NCBI RefSeq assembly: GCF_009914755.1
Contig: NC_060936.1
Direction: 5' to 3' (one strand)
DNA from: the human T2T-CHM13v2.0 reference genome, Homo sapiens
Length of the DNA stretch: 64,000 bases
The notes beneath the pieces were generated by a model. The model saw only the letters and a list, made by a program, of their open reading frames with translations, made no database searches and had not been told where the DNA came from. This document shows, piece by piece, positions 1 to 17,043 of this stretch. How positions within the stretch are numbered: position 1 is the first letter of the stretch; each line of letters starts with the position of its first letter. A program made the translations under genes and the position numbers.

Positions 1-1589
1 CTCTGAGTCCCTGGATGCCTGGCAGGTGGAGAATTCAATCTTGTCGTTACCAGCATTCCTTTCCCTTCTCCATGGGCTTATGTAAGAATTCTGGACTTAC
101 ATACTGTTGGAAAGCCAGGTAGGAACTACATCCCCCAAACTCTCCATTCTTCCAGCTGCTCATGATCCATCAACCTTCTTTGGGCCATCTGCTATAACAA
201 GACCCTCCTCACAGCATCATTCCACTGACCCACAGGCTCAGCCCCAGGGACCCTCACTATAGCAGGTCTCCACTATGCATAGGAACTCACAAAAACCTTC
301 TCTTCATCTTGGCTTCCTCTGATATCCAGCCACTCCCCCACTTCTCACCTTAAACACAGATGGCAGCTCCTTCCCATTGTTCCAAACCTGGGGGATTGTC
401 CAGCCAAATTCTCTTCAGACACCAAAGCTTCACCCACCCTCTTCAGGGAGGTGATGCAAGGGCATCTGAGATCTTTGGAAGCCGAATTCTGGCTTCTCTT
501 TGGGGTGGGCTGAGAGTGGGAACTAGACTCTCTTTTCCAAGTGCCATGTTTATCTTGTTCATCATTATATTATCTCCAATGCCTGGCACATAGCAGGCAC
601 TACAGATTGACACTTAGTAGATGCTATTAGTGTCTGTATAATGGAACTTTTGAGGTTGGAGCTATTAACAGAAAACTGCCAAGCAAAAGGATGGAAAAAA
701 GACCACCAAAAAAAAAAAAAAAAGAAAGAAAGAAAGAAAGCAATCATGGCTATGAGCTCTAAACACACAAGGCACCAGCCCAAGTTTGGGCAATTTTAAT
801 ACAACAGCCATTTTGCCTCCAAACAAACTGGCACTGGAAACCTCCCTCTGCCTCTTAAAGAGAGCCACTTTCTCTTTCTCTATGTGGGTAGCATTTCTCC
901 CCGATGGCAGTACCCAGCCCACTGCCACCAGCAAAGGACTGCATCCAGGAGCCAAGAGTTTGATAGTTTAAATAACATATTTTATAGGGAAAAACAAAGT
1001 AACATCCACATAAATCTGGAACTACCACCACTTTCCAGAGGCTGAATCCCATTTGTGGAGTCTCTTGTGTGTCAAGTACCTTGCAGTCAGCTCAATTATA
1101 TACTTTTGGGATTCGTTGCAGAGAAGAGTGAAGTTATCTGCAAAATAAAGGAACCAGGGCTCAGAATTCCCATAGCAATCCATGACAGAGGAGGTGAGTA
1201 GAAAAGGGAAGGGTGAAGTCAAAGGAGAAAAGTCAATGAGTTGGTCAACACCAAGCAAGGATCATGGGACACTCTCCATGGCCCCACAACTCAAATGAAG
1301 TCAACAAAACCCATCAATGCTTGGTGTAAGTGTTGTATGCTCCCAGAAATGAAAGCAAGGGCCAAATTTCAGGTCAGTAGGGTTGGGGGTAGAGGCAGCA
1401 GTCATGGACTTGTGGGCCCTGGAGGATGGGATGATTCTGAGATATTGAATCCCCACACTGATCTCAGTAGAAATCTCAGGTAGGGCTTCAACATTCGTGG
1501 ACCAAGGACCCTGCGGGCCTGAGAGCAACAGACTTGGTGCATGTTCCAGCTCCAGCAATCCCAACTGGGGCTTTGAACAAGTTACTTAT

Positions 1590-2267
1590 TTTTTTAACTA
1601 ATGTTATTTTAATTGACAAATCATAATTGTACACATTTATGTGGTGTTTTGTTATGTGTATACAATGTGCGATGATTACATCAAACTAATTAACATGTCC
1701 ATCCCCTAATTTACTGACAATTTTTATGATGAGAAATTTGAAATGTACCCTCTTAGTTATTTTGAAAGATACATTATTATTGACTATAGTCACGCTGCTG
1801 TGCTATAGATTTCAAAGCATGTAATCCAGCAACCCAACTTCTGGGTATAGACCAAAAAAAAATCGAAGTCAATACGTCGAAGGGATCTCTACATTCCTAT
1901 GTTCACTGCAGCACTATTCACAATACCCAAGATATAGAATCAACCTAAATGTCCATCAGTGGATGAAAGGATAAAGAAAATATACTATATACACACAACG
2001 GAATACTATTAACCCTTAAAAAAGAAAGAAATCCTGTCATTTTCAACAACATAGATGAACTTGAAAGACATTGTGTTAAGTGAAATAAGCCAGGCACAGA
2101 AAGACAGATACTGCATGATTTTACTTATATGTGGAATCTAAAGAAGTTGAACTCACAGAAATAGAGAGTAAGACAGTGGTTATCAGGGGCTGGGGTGGAG
2201 GAAAGGTAGGGGATAGGAGACACTGGTCAAAGGGTACAAAGTTTCCAATAGGAAGAATAAGTTTTGA
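1590..2267 (-). mobile_element. L1MA-type LINE-1 3' fragment with inverted 5' part, inserted in a MIR
   Basis: 1590-1820 is an L1 3'UTR end on the minus strand (T tract at left). 1824-2267 is the adjacent upstream L1 sequence on the plus strand (atccagcaacccaacttctgggtata...aataagttttga). MIR core (ttgaacaagttactta / ctcagttcctcatctgta) lies on both flanks. Confidence 0.75.
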
Positions 2268-2565
2268 ACAAGCTAAACTCCTCTGAAAGCTCAGTTCCTC
2301 ATCTGTAGAGCAGGGATGCATCATTAGCCTTCTAAGGATGTTGCTGTGAGAGTAAGAGATGATGTTCAGCACAATACCTAACGCACAGTCAGGTCTCCTT
2401 AAGCTTGAACCTGCATCGCCATGACCTACATCTCAGGACAGAAAGGCTCACAGCCAGTGTCTCAGTTCCCAGTGAAAAGTGGATCCCAGACCAGGCTGAG
2501 CAGCAGGATCCCTAGGGGATACCCAGCCCTACTGAGTCAGAATCACCAGAGGTAGAGCCTGGGTA

Positions 2566-2578
2566 TGTATGTATGTGC

Positions 2579-2609
<31 letters not shown>
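2566..2609. repeat. (TG)n/(TATG)n microsatellite at an Alu tail
   Basis: Directly visible tandem repeat. Confidence 0.9.
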
Positions 2610-2610
<1 letters not shown>

Positions 2611-2611
2611 A

Positions 2612-2760
2612 AGAGATAGGGTCTTGCTCTGCAGTCCAGGCTGGAGTGCAGTGTCACAATCATAGTTCACTGCAGCCTCAAATTAGTCCTGGACTCAAGC
2701 CATCCTCCCACCTCAGCCTTCAGAGTAGCTGAGGCTACAGGTGAATGCCACCAAGCCCAG
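2612..2760 (-). mobile_element. AluJ right arm (left arm at 3960-4096)
   Basis: ggctggagtgcagtg...cactgcagcctca...catcctcccacctcagcc; AluJ-type motifs. Confidence 0.8.
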
Positions 2761-2764
2761 ATAC

Positions 2765-2938
2765 TTTTTTCTTTCTTTTTTCTTTTTGAGGAGAGTCTCA
2801 CTCTGTTGCCCAGGCTGGAGTGCAATGGTGCAGTCTTGGCTCACTGCAACCTCTGTCTCCAGGTTCAAGTGATTCTCATGCCTCAGCCTCCTGAGTAGCT
2901 AGGATTACAGGCATGCACCACCACACCAGGCTAATTTT
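2765..2938 (-). mobile_element. AluS right arm, interrupted by RPS3A retrocopy
   Basis: T tail, Alu right-arm consensus, ends at linker ggctaatttt. Confidence 0.85.
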
Positions 2939-2939
2939 G

Positions 2940-3816
2940 CTTTTTTCAATGTTGTTTATTGTTTGTTTTTCACAAATAGAACTTTTTATTTGCCACTATT
3001 ATAAGTCTGAACTTTAAACAGATTCTTGGACTGGTGGTTCATATCCATCAGCTCATTCAACTTTAGCATGTGTCTCATCCCTAGTGGGTTTTCCAGAACT
3101 ACTACCGTCACCACGAAGCTCCATGCCTTTCAAACCCAGGGTTCTCCAGCATTTTTTCTTTTCTAATGAAGACATCATGGAGAGGATAAATTGGCAAGCC
3201 TTTTCTACATCTTTTCCAATGCTGTCTGGAATCAATTTATTGACCACTTCTTTCAAGTCATTTGTCTGCACCTCTCAGGTCATGATTTCCATCATTTTCT
3301 TCTGGATTTGGCAGACTGTTGGTCCTGAGCATAAGAGGTCTTCCGTATCTGATTGTTGCGTTTTTTAGTAAAACCAACACAAAACAAGATGAAAGAAGTA
3401 ACCATCGTAGTCTTGACATCAACATGAGCGTCAATCATTGTTGAACATTTTTCAGCCATGGAACATATTTTTCACAGGTAAGACCCATGCCATAGAAGTT
3501 AGTCAGGCAGTTTTTGCCCTGAACATCTTCAGTAATCAGCTTGAATTTTCTAAATGCAACTTCATCATTCTGCAAATCAGCAAGACTCACTTCAAACACA
3601 AGACCCTTGGGACCATCAGATGCAATTTGGGTTCCTTGGGTCCTGGTGACCAAGTCTTTCCAATATTTCTTATATTGAACATAGGAGGTGCTTTCACATC
3701 ATACTTATCTTTCTTAGAAAATGGATCAACTACTTTCTTCTTAACTCCCTTTTTGCCACCTTTCATAAGGCACTTGTTCTTAACAAACACCATGGTGCTG
3801 CTCAGAGTACGAAAAG
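2940..3816 (-). pseudogene. RPS3A: Processed ribosomal protein S3A pseudogene (full length, frameshifted)
   Basis: ORF fragments [74 protein letters not shown] and [25 protein letters not shown] match RPS3A. Intronless, ATG near 3793, 3'UTR with AATAAA, decayed poly(A) at 2940-2970. Pseudogene number cannot be assigned. Confidence 0.97.
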
Positions 3817-3953
3817 GCTAAATTTTATATTTTTGGTAGAGACGGAGTTTCACCATATTGTCCAGGCTGGCCTTGAACTCCTGATGTCAGATGATCTGCC
3901 CGCCTCAGCCTCCCAAAGTGCTGGGATTACAGTTGTGAGCCACTGCACACAGC
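3815..3953 (-). mobile_element. AluS left arm (continuation of 2765-2938)
   Basis: Resumes at ggctaaattttatatttttggtagagacgg. Confidence 0.85.
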
Positions 3954-3959
3954 TGATAT

Positions 3960-4096
3960 TTATTTTTTCTCTTTTTGTAGACACAGAGTCTTGCCATGTT
4001 GCCAAGGCTGGCCTGGAACTCCTGGCCTCAAGCAATCCTCCCACCACAGCCTCCCAAAGCACTGGGATTTCAGATGTGAGCCACCGTGCCCAGCCT
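3960..4096 (-). mobile_element. AluJ left arm (continuation of 2612-2760)
   Basis: tttgtagacacagagtcttgccatgttgcc...ctcaagcaatcctccc...gtgcccagcc. Confidence 0.75.
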
Positions 4097-4139
4097 GGAA
4101 TCTATTTTTAAAGCCAATCAAGTGTTGAATAAAATTGCA

Positions 4140-5258
<1,119 letters not shown>

Positions 5259-5855
5259 CTATGGGTACTTGGCAAGAACAAAGAGGGAGAGAGGCAGAAA
5301 TGGAGCCATGAGGGCACATTGATTGGTCTCTAGTACACAGGGCTCCTACTGCAAATGGTCTCTAAATGACTTCATCAGTTGCTCATAAAAAAAAATTACC
5401 CTCTGCTCTAATCGTGGAGGAAGAAGTGTGGATTGGACCTGGTGAGCCACGGTAAGACTGACTGCTAAACTTTATGAATGAGGGGATTTACACATATAAT
5501 CTTGACTGTACTATTTTTTATTTTATCCACTGTCTTTGAAAACCTAACTCTTGACTAAGAACTGACTTTCCTGTACTTGTTATTGACTCCAAGTAAATTT
5601 CCAATTCCACATAGTCCAAAGATGATGTGCTGAGAAATCTCTCAAAGGAAAAATGCTAAGAATACAGGCAGAGTTATGCGGCAAATTTTGCAGAATTAAC
5701 ACAAATTGCACTTGCAATTTGTGAAAACACAAAACATTTTCATGAGTAAAGAAAAAAGTGTTCATTCTAATAGAGGCTGCAGGATGAGGCCGATCAAGCT
5801 GCTTGCCCAGCCAGACCTTGGGCTCTTACCTAATTTGTGTTAGAGTCAACTCTGA

Positions 5856-6166
<311 letters not shown>

Positions 6167-6372
6167 TCAATCATCTTTTTATTCTCCACACCTGGCAAGT
6201 TCTAGACACACTGTGGTTCCATACAAGTTTGTTGAATAAACAGGAGACAGATAGAAAGTGGGAACTCTGGAAGTAGAGAAGATTCCAGAAATTGTGCATA
6301 TTTCCCAGAGACTGTGGCCCAATTCCTCAGTCTTGCCAGAGTTTCTCTATCTCAACTCAAACCTTATGTGTG

Positions 6373-6673
<301 letters not shown>

Positions 6674-7109
6674 TTATGTGTGGGCCTTGTTACAGAATTA
6701 ATGTTTATATGGACAATATGTACATGGGTGTATGTCAAGAGCATGAGTCATCCACAAGATTTTAGCAAAGTCCATTTAGAAAGCTCAATGCTTTGGGCTT
6801 CCACTTGCTTTGCTGCCTCTGTCCTCAGAAGGAGGCTTCATCCTTCCATGTAACCAGCAAATCCTTTATGCAGAGATGTACACAACACACTCCTATCCTT
6901 GGCTGTGACACCTTGAAAGGTGCTTCTTGGTGGTCTCTGGTGCTCATTTCAGAGTAGTTCAAATTAAGATGATCAGCTTTCATGCCAATCACTCTACAGA
7001 TCACTCCTATTATGACCAATTTTTCTAAATGCTTTATTGAATTATTACTTAAAGAAATGTGCACATAGAAGAGGTCAACACAGTACTTTTCTTACAAACT
7101 GAACATACT

Positions 7110-7442
<333 letters not shown>

Positions 7443-7574
7443 TTAGCGACACCCAATTCAAGAAACAGAGCATTACAGCCCCTTCCAGGATATTCCTGGC
7501 ATCTCTTCCATCTCTACTAACCCCTGACTACAAACAGCCTCCACCTATTTCACCTGACATTGTACTTTATGAAA

Positions 7575-7792
7575 GCAGCAGTTCTCAGATGGGGGCTATT
7601 TTGCCCCCTGGGGACATTAGGCAATATCTGGAGACACTGGGGGTTGTCTCTACTTGGGGGGAGTTGTGTTCCTGCATCCAGTGACTCCAGGGATCCAGGG
7701 ATGCCGTTCAACATCCTAAAATACACAGGGAACCCCCACATATACAACAGAGAAATTGCTGAGCCAAAATGTCAGCAGTGTCACAGCTGAAA
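7575..7792. mobile_element. MER20 DNA transposon fossil
   Basis: cagttctca..gggggctattttgccccc..ggacatt.ggcaat.tctggagaca..catcctaaaatacacagg. Confidence 0.75.
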
Positions 7793-8954
7793 CCATGACA
7801 TACACAGAATCACACAGTATCTGCTCTTTCGTGCTGAGGATCTCTTTCATTCTGATCATTGCATAGGAAATAGAAATGTTATTTGGAGGCAGGTAGAGTC
7901 CAAAACAAAGAAAATCCAGAGATTTTTTTTTTTTTTTTTTTGGTCAGCCTGGTGCCTTTAGAGCTAGGATTTAGTTTCCATCCTTTCTGTCTCATTTTCA
8001 AGTGATTTTTCTTCAACTGGCATCTGCTGGGCTCAAGACCCGGAGATCCCCGCAAAGCTGAGATTCACATGGGAATTTTGTACACACTCACACGGGTATA
8101 CACTGCCATTTACATGCAGACATCCACCCACAGATACACACATCCAGAGACCAAGGCAGAAAGCAAACTCCACCATAAAAGCACGGTTCCCCGAACAGGA
8201 GAAACACACCATTCACTCAAGGGAGGTACCTATTTGTTTAATTCAGCCTCTGGCAGGCTGTTGCCAAGCCCAACTCTGAAAGTCTTCCCCTCTAGGAGAG
8301 AGAGATGGATTTTTTCTTTACTCAAGAATATAGATCTAAAAAAACCAAACACTTTTGCATCTCAAAGCAGGCTCTACCTCCTGAGCTACACATATTGATC
8401 AGCATTTTATTGTCAATTTTCTTTTATTTGAACTGGAGAAAAATATAATCTAATTGTGTTCTTACTGACAGTTTGGAATCAGTCACACTAAATCCAATTC
8501 TCTGGGTTCTCATGATTAAGGTGTTTAATTTGGGGGACAACAAAGCAAAAGCATTGGTCATGTTTTAATATAATTAGTACAGGATATATCTAAGGGGTTC
8601 AAGTATCACTGTAGCAAGAAGCTCATTCTGCAGTAAAAGGGGGATTCTGCCACTAGGATAGAGTGAGGGTGGTTCATGGCTGCACCATTTCATCAATGTC
8701 TCTTCGAGAGTCCATGGAATGTGGAATGGGAAAGACTGAAATAGTCCAAGTCTTGGCTAAGCTTCTATTAAGGGGTGTTAGGAGCTGATAAAATAACCTG
8801 GTCTTTATAGACATCCCACACTGTAGTTCTCTAAGCTACAGATTCTCAGATTTTTCTATTTTATAAACCAGTAAAAATATTTTATTAATTTGAGAACCAA
8901 CATAAGGTTGCTACTTTTTTTTCTCTTTGGTAAGAAGGAACTTTTTTAAACTAC

Positions 8955-8960
<6 letters not shown>

Positions 8961-9005
<45 letters not shown>

Positions 9006-9020
9006 ATACACACACACACA
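8961..9020. repeat. (CA)n microsatellite
   Basis: Directly visible. Confidence 0.95.
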
Positions 9021-10679
9021 GAAATTCCACCATGATTGGTCAGAAGAGGTGAGGTTTTGCTGCAATAACAAGCAACTCCTAAATCTTGGTAAATTCAAAC
9101 ATCAGAAGTTGTTTTTCTCACTCGTGCTACATCTGCAGGGAAGTGTGGGGTGCTCTGTTTTCCATCAAACTTGCCCTAAGACTAAGGCTAATGGGGGTTG
9201 CATTACCTCGAGTATCACCAAGCAGGGAACAGAGGGAGAAGAATGCTAGAGAGTCTTGTACTAAGAATTAAATGCTCCAGGCTAGAAGTCTCACACTGCA
9301 CCTCTGCTCCCAGCCTGTTGGCCAGTACTTGCCACATCCCCTCCCCCACCACACTGCAATGCATGGAGACAGGAGAATTGGATACATTACAAATTTCTAC
9401 CCAATGGCATTTCATAAGAGAAAAAAATGTAAATACAAAAATGTTTTAATAGAATAGAATAGATACATTTTTAGAATAAAGAACAATCCTCCAAAAAGGA
9501 CAGCTCGTGGTCTTTCAACAATGGGCACATTTCTGTGACATTGTCTCTGTTTTTCCATTTTATCCTTGACCTATGAACATTTCATACAGATGGTCCAAAG
9601 AACACCATTTGAGGACCACTGCTCTAATCAGGTGATGAAAACGGCCCTAAGAACAGAGCACAGTCTCCTTAGCAAAGACCCAGCAGGGCCAGGGTGACCA
9701 CGTTCTCATCATCAATGCACAGACATCCACCTGCAGCATCCTCACATCCCAACATCAAACAGTGGCTCTTTATAGCTTGATTCTAATGCCCTTTGATCTT
9801 CATCATCACTGTAAAGCTCTCTGGCCCCAAGATATAACATCACCACTCTAGCTACATCCTGCAACTGTTCACCTCTCCTGCCGCCTCATCCCTCTAAACT
9901 TCTCTTCACAACCTCATGTTTCCTTCTTGCTTTACCTTCCTGCTCAGCCTGGACCTTACAGTCACCTTCTTGTAATGTGCTCCTAAAGGCGTTCTTCCCT
10001 GCTTTCAACCACACCCACCTGGAAAATCTCCATACCCCATTGATGACTTGCCTCGCAACTGCCCAAGGGCTGCTGAATGATACTGGAAAGAATCACAACA
10101 TGGATCTGGTAGTTCCACTAAATAATCTCACCATCCAACTCTAGGGTAGACTTCATTTCTGTTCAGCAGTATTTTTAAGCATCACAAATAAATTCAAAAC
10201 CATATTTGCTATAACAATTGACTTTAAACCTCTTCCATATCTCAAAGCCCCCAAACCCATCCCTAGGGGTTTCAGAGCCCAGAGTTGAGTTCTCTCAACT
10301 CACTTCCATCTCACCTCTAGATAACTGTATCTTGACCCTCTTCCTCTGCCTTTCCCATCTTATAAGGAGAAGCATCCTTATCCTTTCCCAAGCTACCTTC
10401 TCCACTTGTGCCTCATCTGAGACCTCCCTTTATCACCCGTTCCCTTGGAACTGCCATGACTCACCACCTTCACTCATCATTTCACTCATATTTTGTACCA
10501 TGTATGTGACAGGTGTTTAACATATAATCATGCTTAAGTCTCCACATGCTAACAAGAAAAACCTTGATCATCCCTGTTATGCCCTCAAGTCATTACCCTC
10601 CCCGCTCCTTTCCTGTGTTCCCAAACTTTGTTGATCTTCATCAAACCCTCTGATGCAGATGGCTCCAGTTTGCATCCTA

Positions 10680-10759
10680 TTAGGTTGGTGCAAAAGTAAT
10701 TGTGGATTTTGCTGTTAAAAGTAATGGCAAAAACAGCAATTATTTTTGTACCAGCCTAG
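10680..10759. mobile_element. MADE1 (Hsmar1-derived MITE, 80 bp)
   Basis: ttaggttggtgcaaaagtaattg...caattatttttgtaccagccta terminal inverted repeats with TA on both sides. Confidence 0.9.
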
Positions 10760-10926
10760 TATCTTTTCTCCTTCTACCAAACTTTGTCCCTGAGACATCT
10801 CATCACCTATAACTACCTCCTCCATGCAGTTGATTCCCAGATCTGTATTATTCTACTGAAAGTCCATTCCCCAACTTCCTCGGCTGGAATAACAGAAGCC
10901 CAATTAGAATTCATGCTACCAGCTTC

Positions 10927-10961
10927 CCACCACCACCACCACCACCACCACCACCGTCACC
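10927..10961. repeat. (CAC)n trinucleotide repeat
   Basis: Directly visible. Confidence 0.9.
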
Positions 10962-11345
10962 CTGCCATTGTTAGCAAAACCATCTCTTGAGTGGAGCTCA
11001 AAGATTTGTAATGATCTCTCACTCCCCAGAAAGAGAACTTCAGACTCAGCCTAGAAGTAAAGATCCTCCAGATATGGCCTCAACTACCCTCCAACCCATG
11101 TCCCCAGTGCATCCCTCTGATGCCCCCTTCAGTGGAGTTAAAATGGAGTGAGTGTTTTTCTTTTCACATATTCCTGGTATTCTTCCACAGATACAATTTC
11201 ACCTCTTGAATATTTTCAAGGATTCTCCATGCTACACACAGTGAAATCCAAACTCCCCATCAGGACCCCAGTCTTCCCAAACCCTCTTCACACTTTTCTG
11301 CCTCCATGCTTTTCCTTGGGTCATTGTCTTCTCTAATATAACCTT

Positions 11346-11800
11346 GTGTATTACTCTAGGTTCTCCAAAGAGCAAAGAGATAGAGGTAGAGCTATACACA
11401 CAGAGAGACGCAGATTGATTAGTTGTAAGGGATGGCTCACATGGTTATGGAGGCTAAGGAGTCCTGGAGTCTGCAGCCAGCAAGCTGGAGACCCAGGACT
11501 CCCAATGATATAGTTCCAACTCGAGTCCACATCTAAAGTCAGGAGAAGATTGCTGTCCCAACTCAAATATAATCAGGTAAAGAGAGCAAATTCTCTGTGA
11601 CTCTACCTTTTTGTTTTGTTCAGGCCTTCAGTGGATTGGATGAGGCTCACCCACATTGGGGAGGACAATCTGCTTTATTCAGTCTACCAATTAAATGTTA
11701 TCCTCATCCAGAATACCTCAGAGACCCACCCAGAATAATGTGTAGCCAAATATCTGGGCACCCACAACCCAGTCAAATTCATACATAACACTAAACATCA
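11346..11800 (-). mobile_element. MLT2-type (ERVL) solo LTR
   Basis: tgtatta.tc.aggttctcca...ggctcacatggttatggaggct...gattggatgaggctcacccacattggggaggacaatctgcttta...catca. Confidence 0.7.
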
Positions 11801-12168
11801 TGTCGTGCTTCTACACTCTCCCCATTACTGCATGTCCAAATCCTTCCCTTATATCAAGGCTTAGTTCAAATGTCACCTCTTAACTAAGCCTTCCCTGCTA
11901 ACCCCAAATATTAATAGAATTGGTTTCTCCCTTCGCTGATGTCTCAAAATACGTTGTGTGTTTCTCTTTTACTGTATTTATTACAAACTCCCTTATAAAT
12001 CAAGGCAGTGATTCCCAAATTATCAAAAGAGTATAAAAGAAGTCTTCTTTGAGTGTGAAATATCTCATGGAATATAGCACATGGCCTCTTCATGAAGAAA
12101 CTACTGGGAGAGAAGAAGACAAGATGGAAGAGGCTAGGGAAAGGGGGTTAGTAGAAAGCACAATGAGG

Positions 12169-12483
<315 letters not shown>

Positions 12484-12962
12484 TCAGTGGATGGGTGCCT
12501 ATAATTTCTAAGGGAAATAGAGTATAATCCAAGAATTTTATAGCCAGCTAAATTATTGCCCAATCAAAATAGGCAAAAGATACTATCACATGTTCAAGAA
12601 CTTAAAGAATACAGTATTTCTGAGCTCTTTAAAAAAAAGCCTTCATAATAAAATTTAGTCAGCCAAGAAATTAAAAAATAAGCAACTTGTGAATTGAATG
12701 ACCATGACAAAAGGTTAGTGATGAGAGGTGAATCCATTTAAAAACAGGACTATGATTGCAGAACAGAAAGAAAGGTGGTCAACCTTAACAACATGAAACA
12801 ACCCAGAAATAACTAGTTTCCAGAGGTAAAGGGAGGGACTGTAGGAAGCAGAAGTGTAAATGCCCCTTATTAAGTCAATTAATCAGGTCTAAAATTGAAA
12901 CGTGGTTTTAAACATATAATTTCTTGTTTATTTTCCTCCGTAACTACCTAAGGATCACCACG

Positions 12963-13405
12963 ATGAATGACACGGTAACTATCTGGACCAGGAAGTTCAT
13001 GACCAATCGACCGCTCCAGAGGAAACAAATGGTCACCAATGTCCTTCACCACGGAAATGCAACAAAATGTACAAGATCATAATAGGTGTCATCTTCATAT
13101 TAATAGTTGGACTCAGAACCCATGTTGGTGGTGGTTAAACAATGGGCTTTGGCATGCTATCTGGTTCTTTGAATTATGCAAAGAAAAATGAACTCAAACA
13201 TAGACTTGCAAGACACAGCTGACATGAGAAGAAAACGACCTCGAGAAAACAGCAAAAGGAATGCAAGGGCAGAATGAAGTCAAGAGACTGCAAAGGCCAA
13301 TGTCAGTGCTGGCAAAAAGCAAAAGGAGTAAAGATTTTGCAATGACTTTATTTGCAGTGACTGTACAAATTTTGCATGAGATGATCAATCAGCTGTAAAG
13401 ACTTT
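12963..13405 (+). pseudogene. RPS24: Processed ribosomal protein S24 pseudogene (decayed)
   Basis: ATG at 12963 reads [29 protein letters not shown], then RTHVGGG*T.GFGM, LNYAKKNELKHRLARH, KKTTSRKQQKE and AKANVSAGKKQKE* (stop 13329-13331). Internal deletion of the VPKTEIREKLA region, stops and frameshifts, no introns. Confidence 0.93.
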
Positions 13406-13747
13406 TACATATATATAAAACATCTTAATATTTTTCATCATCTTTGATTTCCTAGATGTTCTAGAAACTGATTTTTAGTGAGAAAAAAACTACATTTATC
13501 TGAGTTGACCAGTTCCTTCAGTTTCATTTCCATTTCTTTTTCTTCTGATAAATTTACACGGCATTCAATTTGCTACTTCTTGTTTTTAAAATCTCATTTT
13601 GTGTGATCAGAAGTGTCTGTTCATGTCTCAGGCCATCTTTGTGCATAGCAAGGAATGCTGTTCACTTAATATTAGGAGGTTTATTTCTTGGGGTCGTGAG
13701 ATTTGGGGTGATTTCTCTCCCTTTTTGTACTTTTCTGTATTCATTAA

Positions 13748-14100
<353 letters not shown>

Positions 14101-14564
14101 TAAATTTTTTAAAACAAAACATTTAAAATAATCAAGTCATTCTTTTTGAATCTACTTTGTATTATAGGTGTCCAAATACTCACCTATTCTCTCTTACGTG
14201 ATGACAAACTTGTTGAAATGTCATTTCATTTTGTGGCTCCAGCCCCAGGTATTCTGACTCTGATTCTAAAGGGCCTGCATGCAGAGCGAGCAAGCCGCCT
14301 AGATGATTCTCTTGCAGGTGTTTTAAGGGCAGGAGTTTGAGACACCCTGATGCAAAAGAACGAACCCTCAAGGAAGTTGGCTGTACAGGTATTTTCCTTC
14401 CTAGCACAGGAAACGACAGAAAGATTATCCAATCAGTACCACTCATAGCACCTAATTATATGTGTATGAGGAATTCAGATATGGTTTGATCAAGGCTGAA
14501 GACCTAAAAAGAGGCTCTTCTCTTGGACATCAAGTCCCCATCTCATGCGTGGTTGAGTTAGTAG

Positions 14565-14983
<419 letters not shown>

Positions 14984-15979
14984 CCTCACTTACACTTTTA
15001 CAGAAGATCTGATCATACCCACTCTGCAGAAGTCAGAATGGCCCCCACGTGGTGTTAAATGGGAGTGAAAACTTGAGTTCAATCAACTGAGAGTGACACA
15101 GAAACATTTCCCCCAAAACGCTTTTGGCAGCTCTGCTGATCCATAACCTGGCTCCATTTCAGGACAAGACCTCCTCTTAAGCTGCACTGGCTTCCACTAG
15201 AGTAAGTCACATTAACTCATGGCAAACACAACTGAAGGGCAAAAAGATTCTTTTTAAAATGATTTTTGCCTCTCACTTACCAACACACGCTGGCCTCCCT
15301 AAAGCCTGACTCCATTCAGCACCTGTTCCACTGAGCACCCACTGAAAGCTCAGCTCATGAGCTGAGATGACCCAGACATCAGGGAGTTTACAATCCAGGG
15401 GAAGAACAGACCTGAATACAAATGGTGACAATACAAGACAGAGTCAAAGAGCCCAACTTGAAGTTTCAGCAGAATAGCACCAAAGACTAGTTCCCAACCC
15501 AGCTCCCAGAGCCAGAGCCAGAGCCAGAGCCAGGCTGGCTGCATGAGATCACCTGGGAGCTTTTGCAAACATAGGTCCTAACTGAGCCCCTAATCATCAG
15601 ACTGGGAGTCACTGGGAGTGAGCTCCAGGAATTGGTTTATTTAATAAGCACCCACACACACATGATTCTGATGTTCCTATGCCTTGTAGAAACATGGAAC
15701 TATGGAAAACGCTAAAAAAAAAAAAAAAGGCACTAAAAGAAACCTATAAATATTCACTACCATCCCAGGCATCATGAGGACGCTCCATGTGCACTATTTA
15801 CAATACTTAGAATAACCTGCAAAGGAGGCATTCATTCATGATGATGGGCTTTATCGGGATCAGAGCCAGCCCTGGGAATGCTTGAACCTGCGCTGAAGGT
15901 CACCCCCTCCTCCCCACAGCAGGGGGCTAACATTAAGGAGCAGGGGCCAGATGGGAAATGGAGTGTCCTTTCATTATGA

Positions 15980-16287
<308 letters not shown>

Positions 16288-16739
16288 AGACTTTCAAGTA
16301 AAGCCACAATGGACCACAGAGCTTAGACATCAGGGCTAATGTGGAATCTCTGTCATTAAATCTTGAGAGCTTATTATCTTTGCTCAAAGAAAAAAATAAT
16401 CACAATTGACATTCTGAGGACAAGACATCTGAATGTAAACTTGATCTTAGAGGATATTAAGGAATTACTCGTAATTTGATTAGGTATGATAATGATCATA
16501 TAAAAAATGCCCTCATGTTTTTAGAGGGAAGTAAATTACATAAGGATGAATATCAGGATGCAATCACATAACTACTGTAAACTATTTTTTAAATACTTCA
16601 GAAAAAGAAATGGAGTAAATATTGCAAACGTTAATAGTTTTTAAACCTATGTGATGGGTATATGATAGCTCATTAAACTAGTCTCTCTACTTTTATGCAT
16701 ATTGACAATTTTTCATAATAATAACAAAAAAAAAACCTT

Positions 16740-17043
16740 GGCCAGGCACAGCAGCTCATGCCTGTAATCCCAGCACTTTGGGAGGCCGAGGTGGATGGAG
16801 GACAGCTTGAGCCCAGGAGTTTGAGACCAGCCTAGGCAACATGGTGAAACCTCATCTCTACAGAAAATAGACAAATTAGTCAGGCATGGTGGTGTGCACC
16901 TGCAGTCCCAGCTACTCAGGAGGCTGAGGTGGGAGGATCACCTGAGCCCAGAAGGTCAAGGCTGCAGTGAGCCAAGGTCACGCCACTGCACTCCAGCCTG
17001 GGCTACAGACCCTGTCTCAAACAAACAAACAAGCAAACAAAAA
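16740..17043 (+). mobile_element. AluJ
   Basis: AluJ motifs, (CAAA)n tail. Confidence 0.85.

Noticed and set aside
10784-10990. Poly-His ORF
   Set aside because: (CAC)n microsatellite in degenerate repeat-like sequence.
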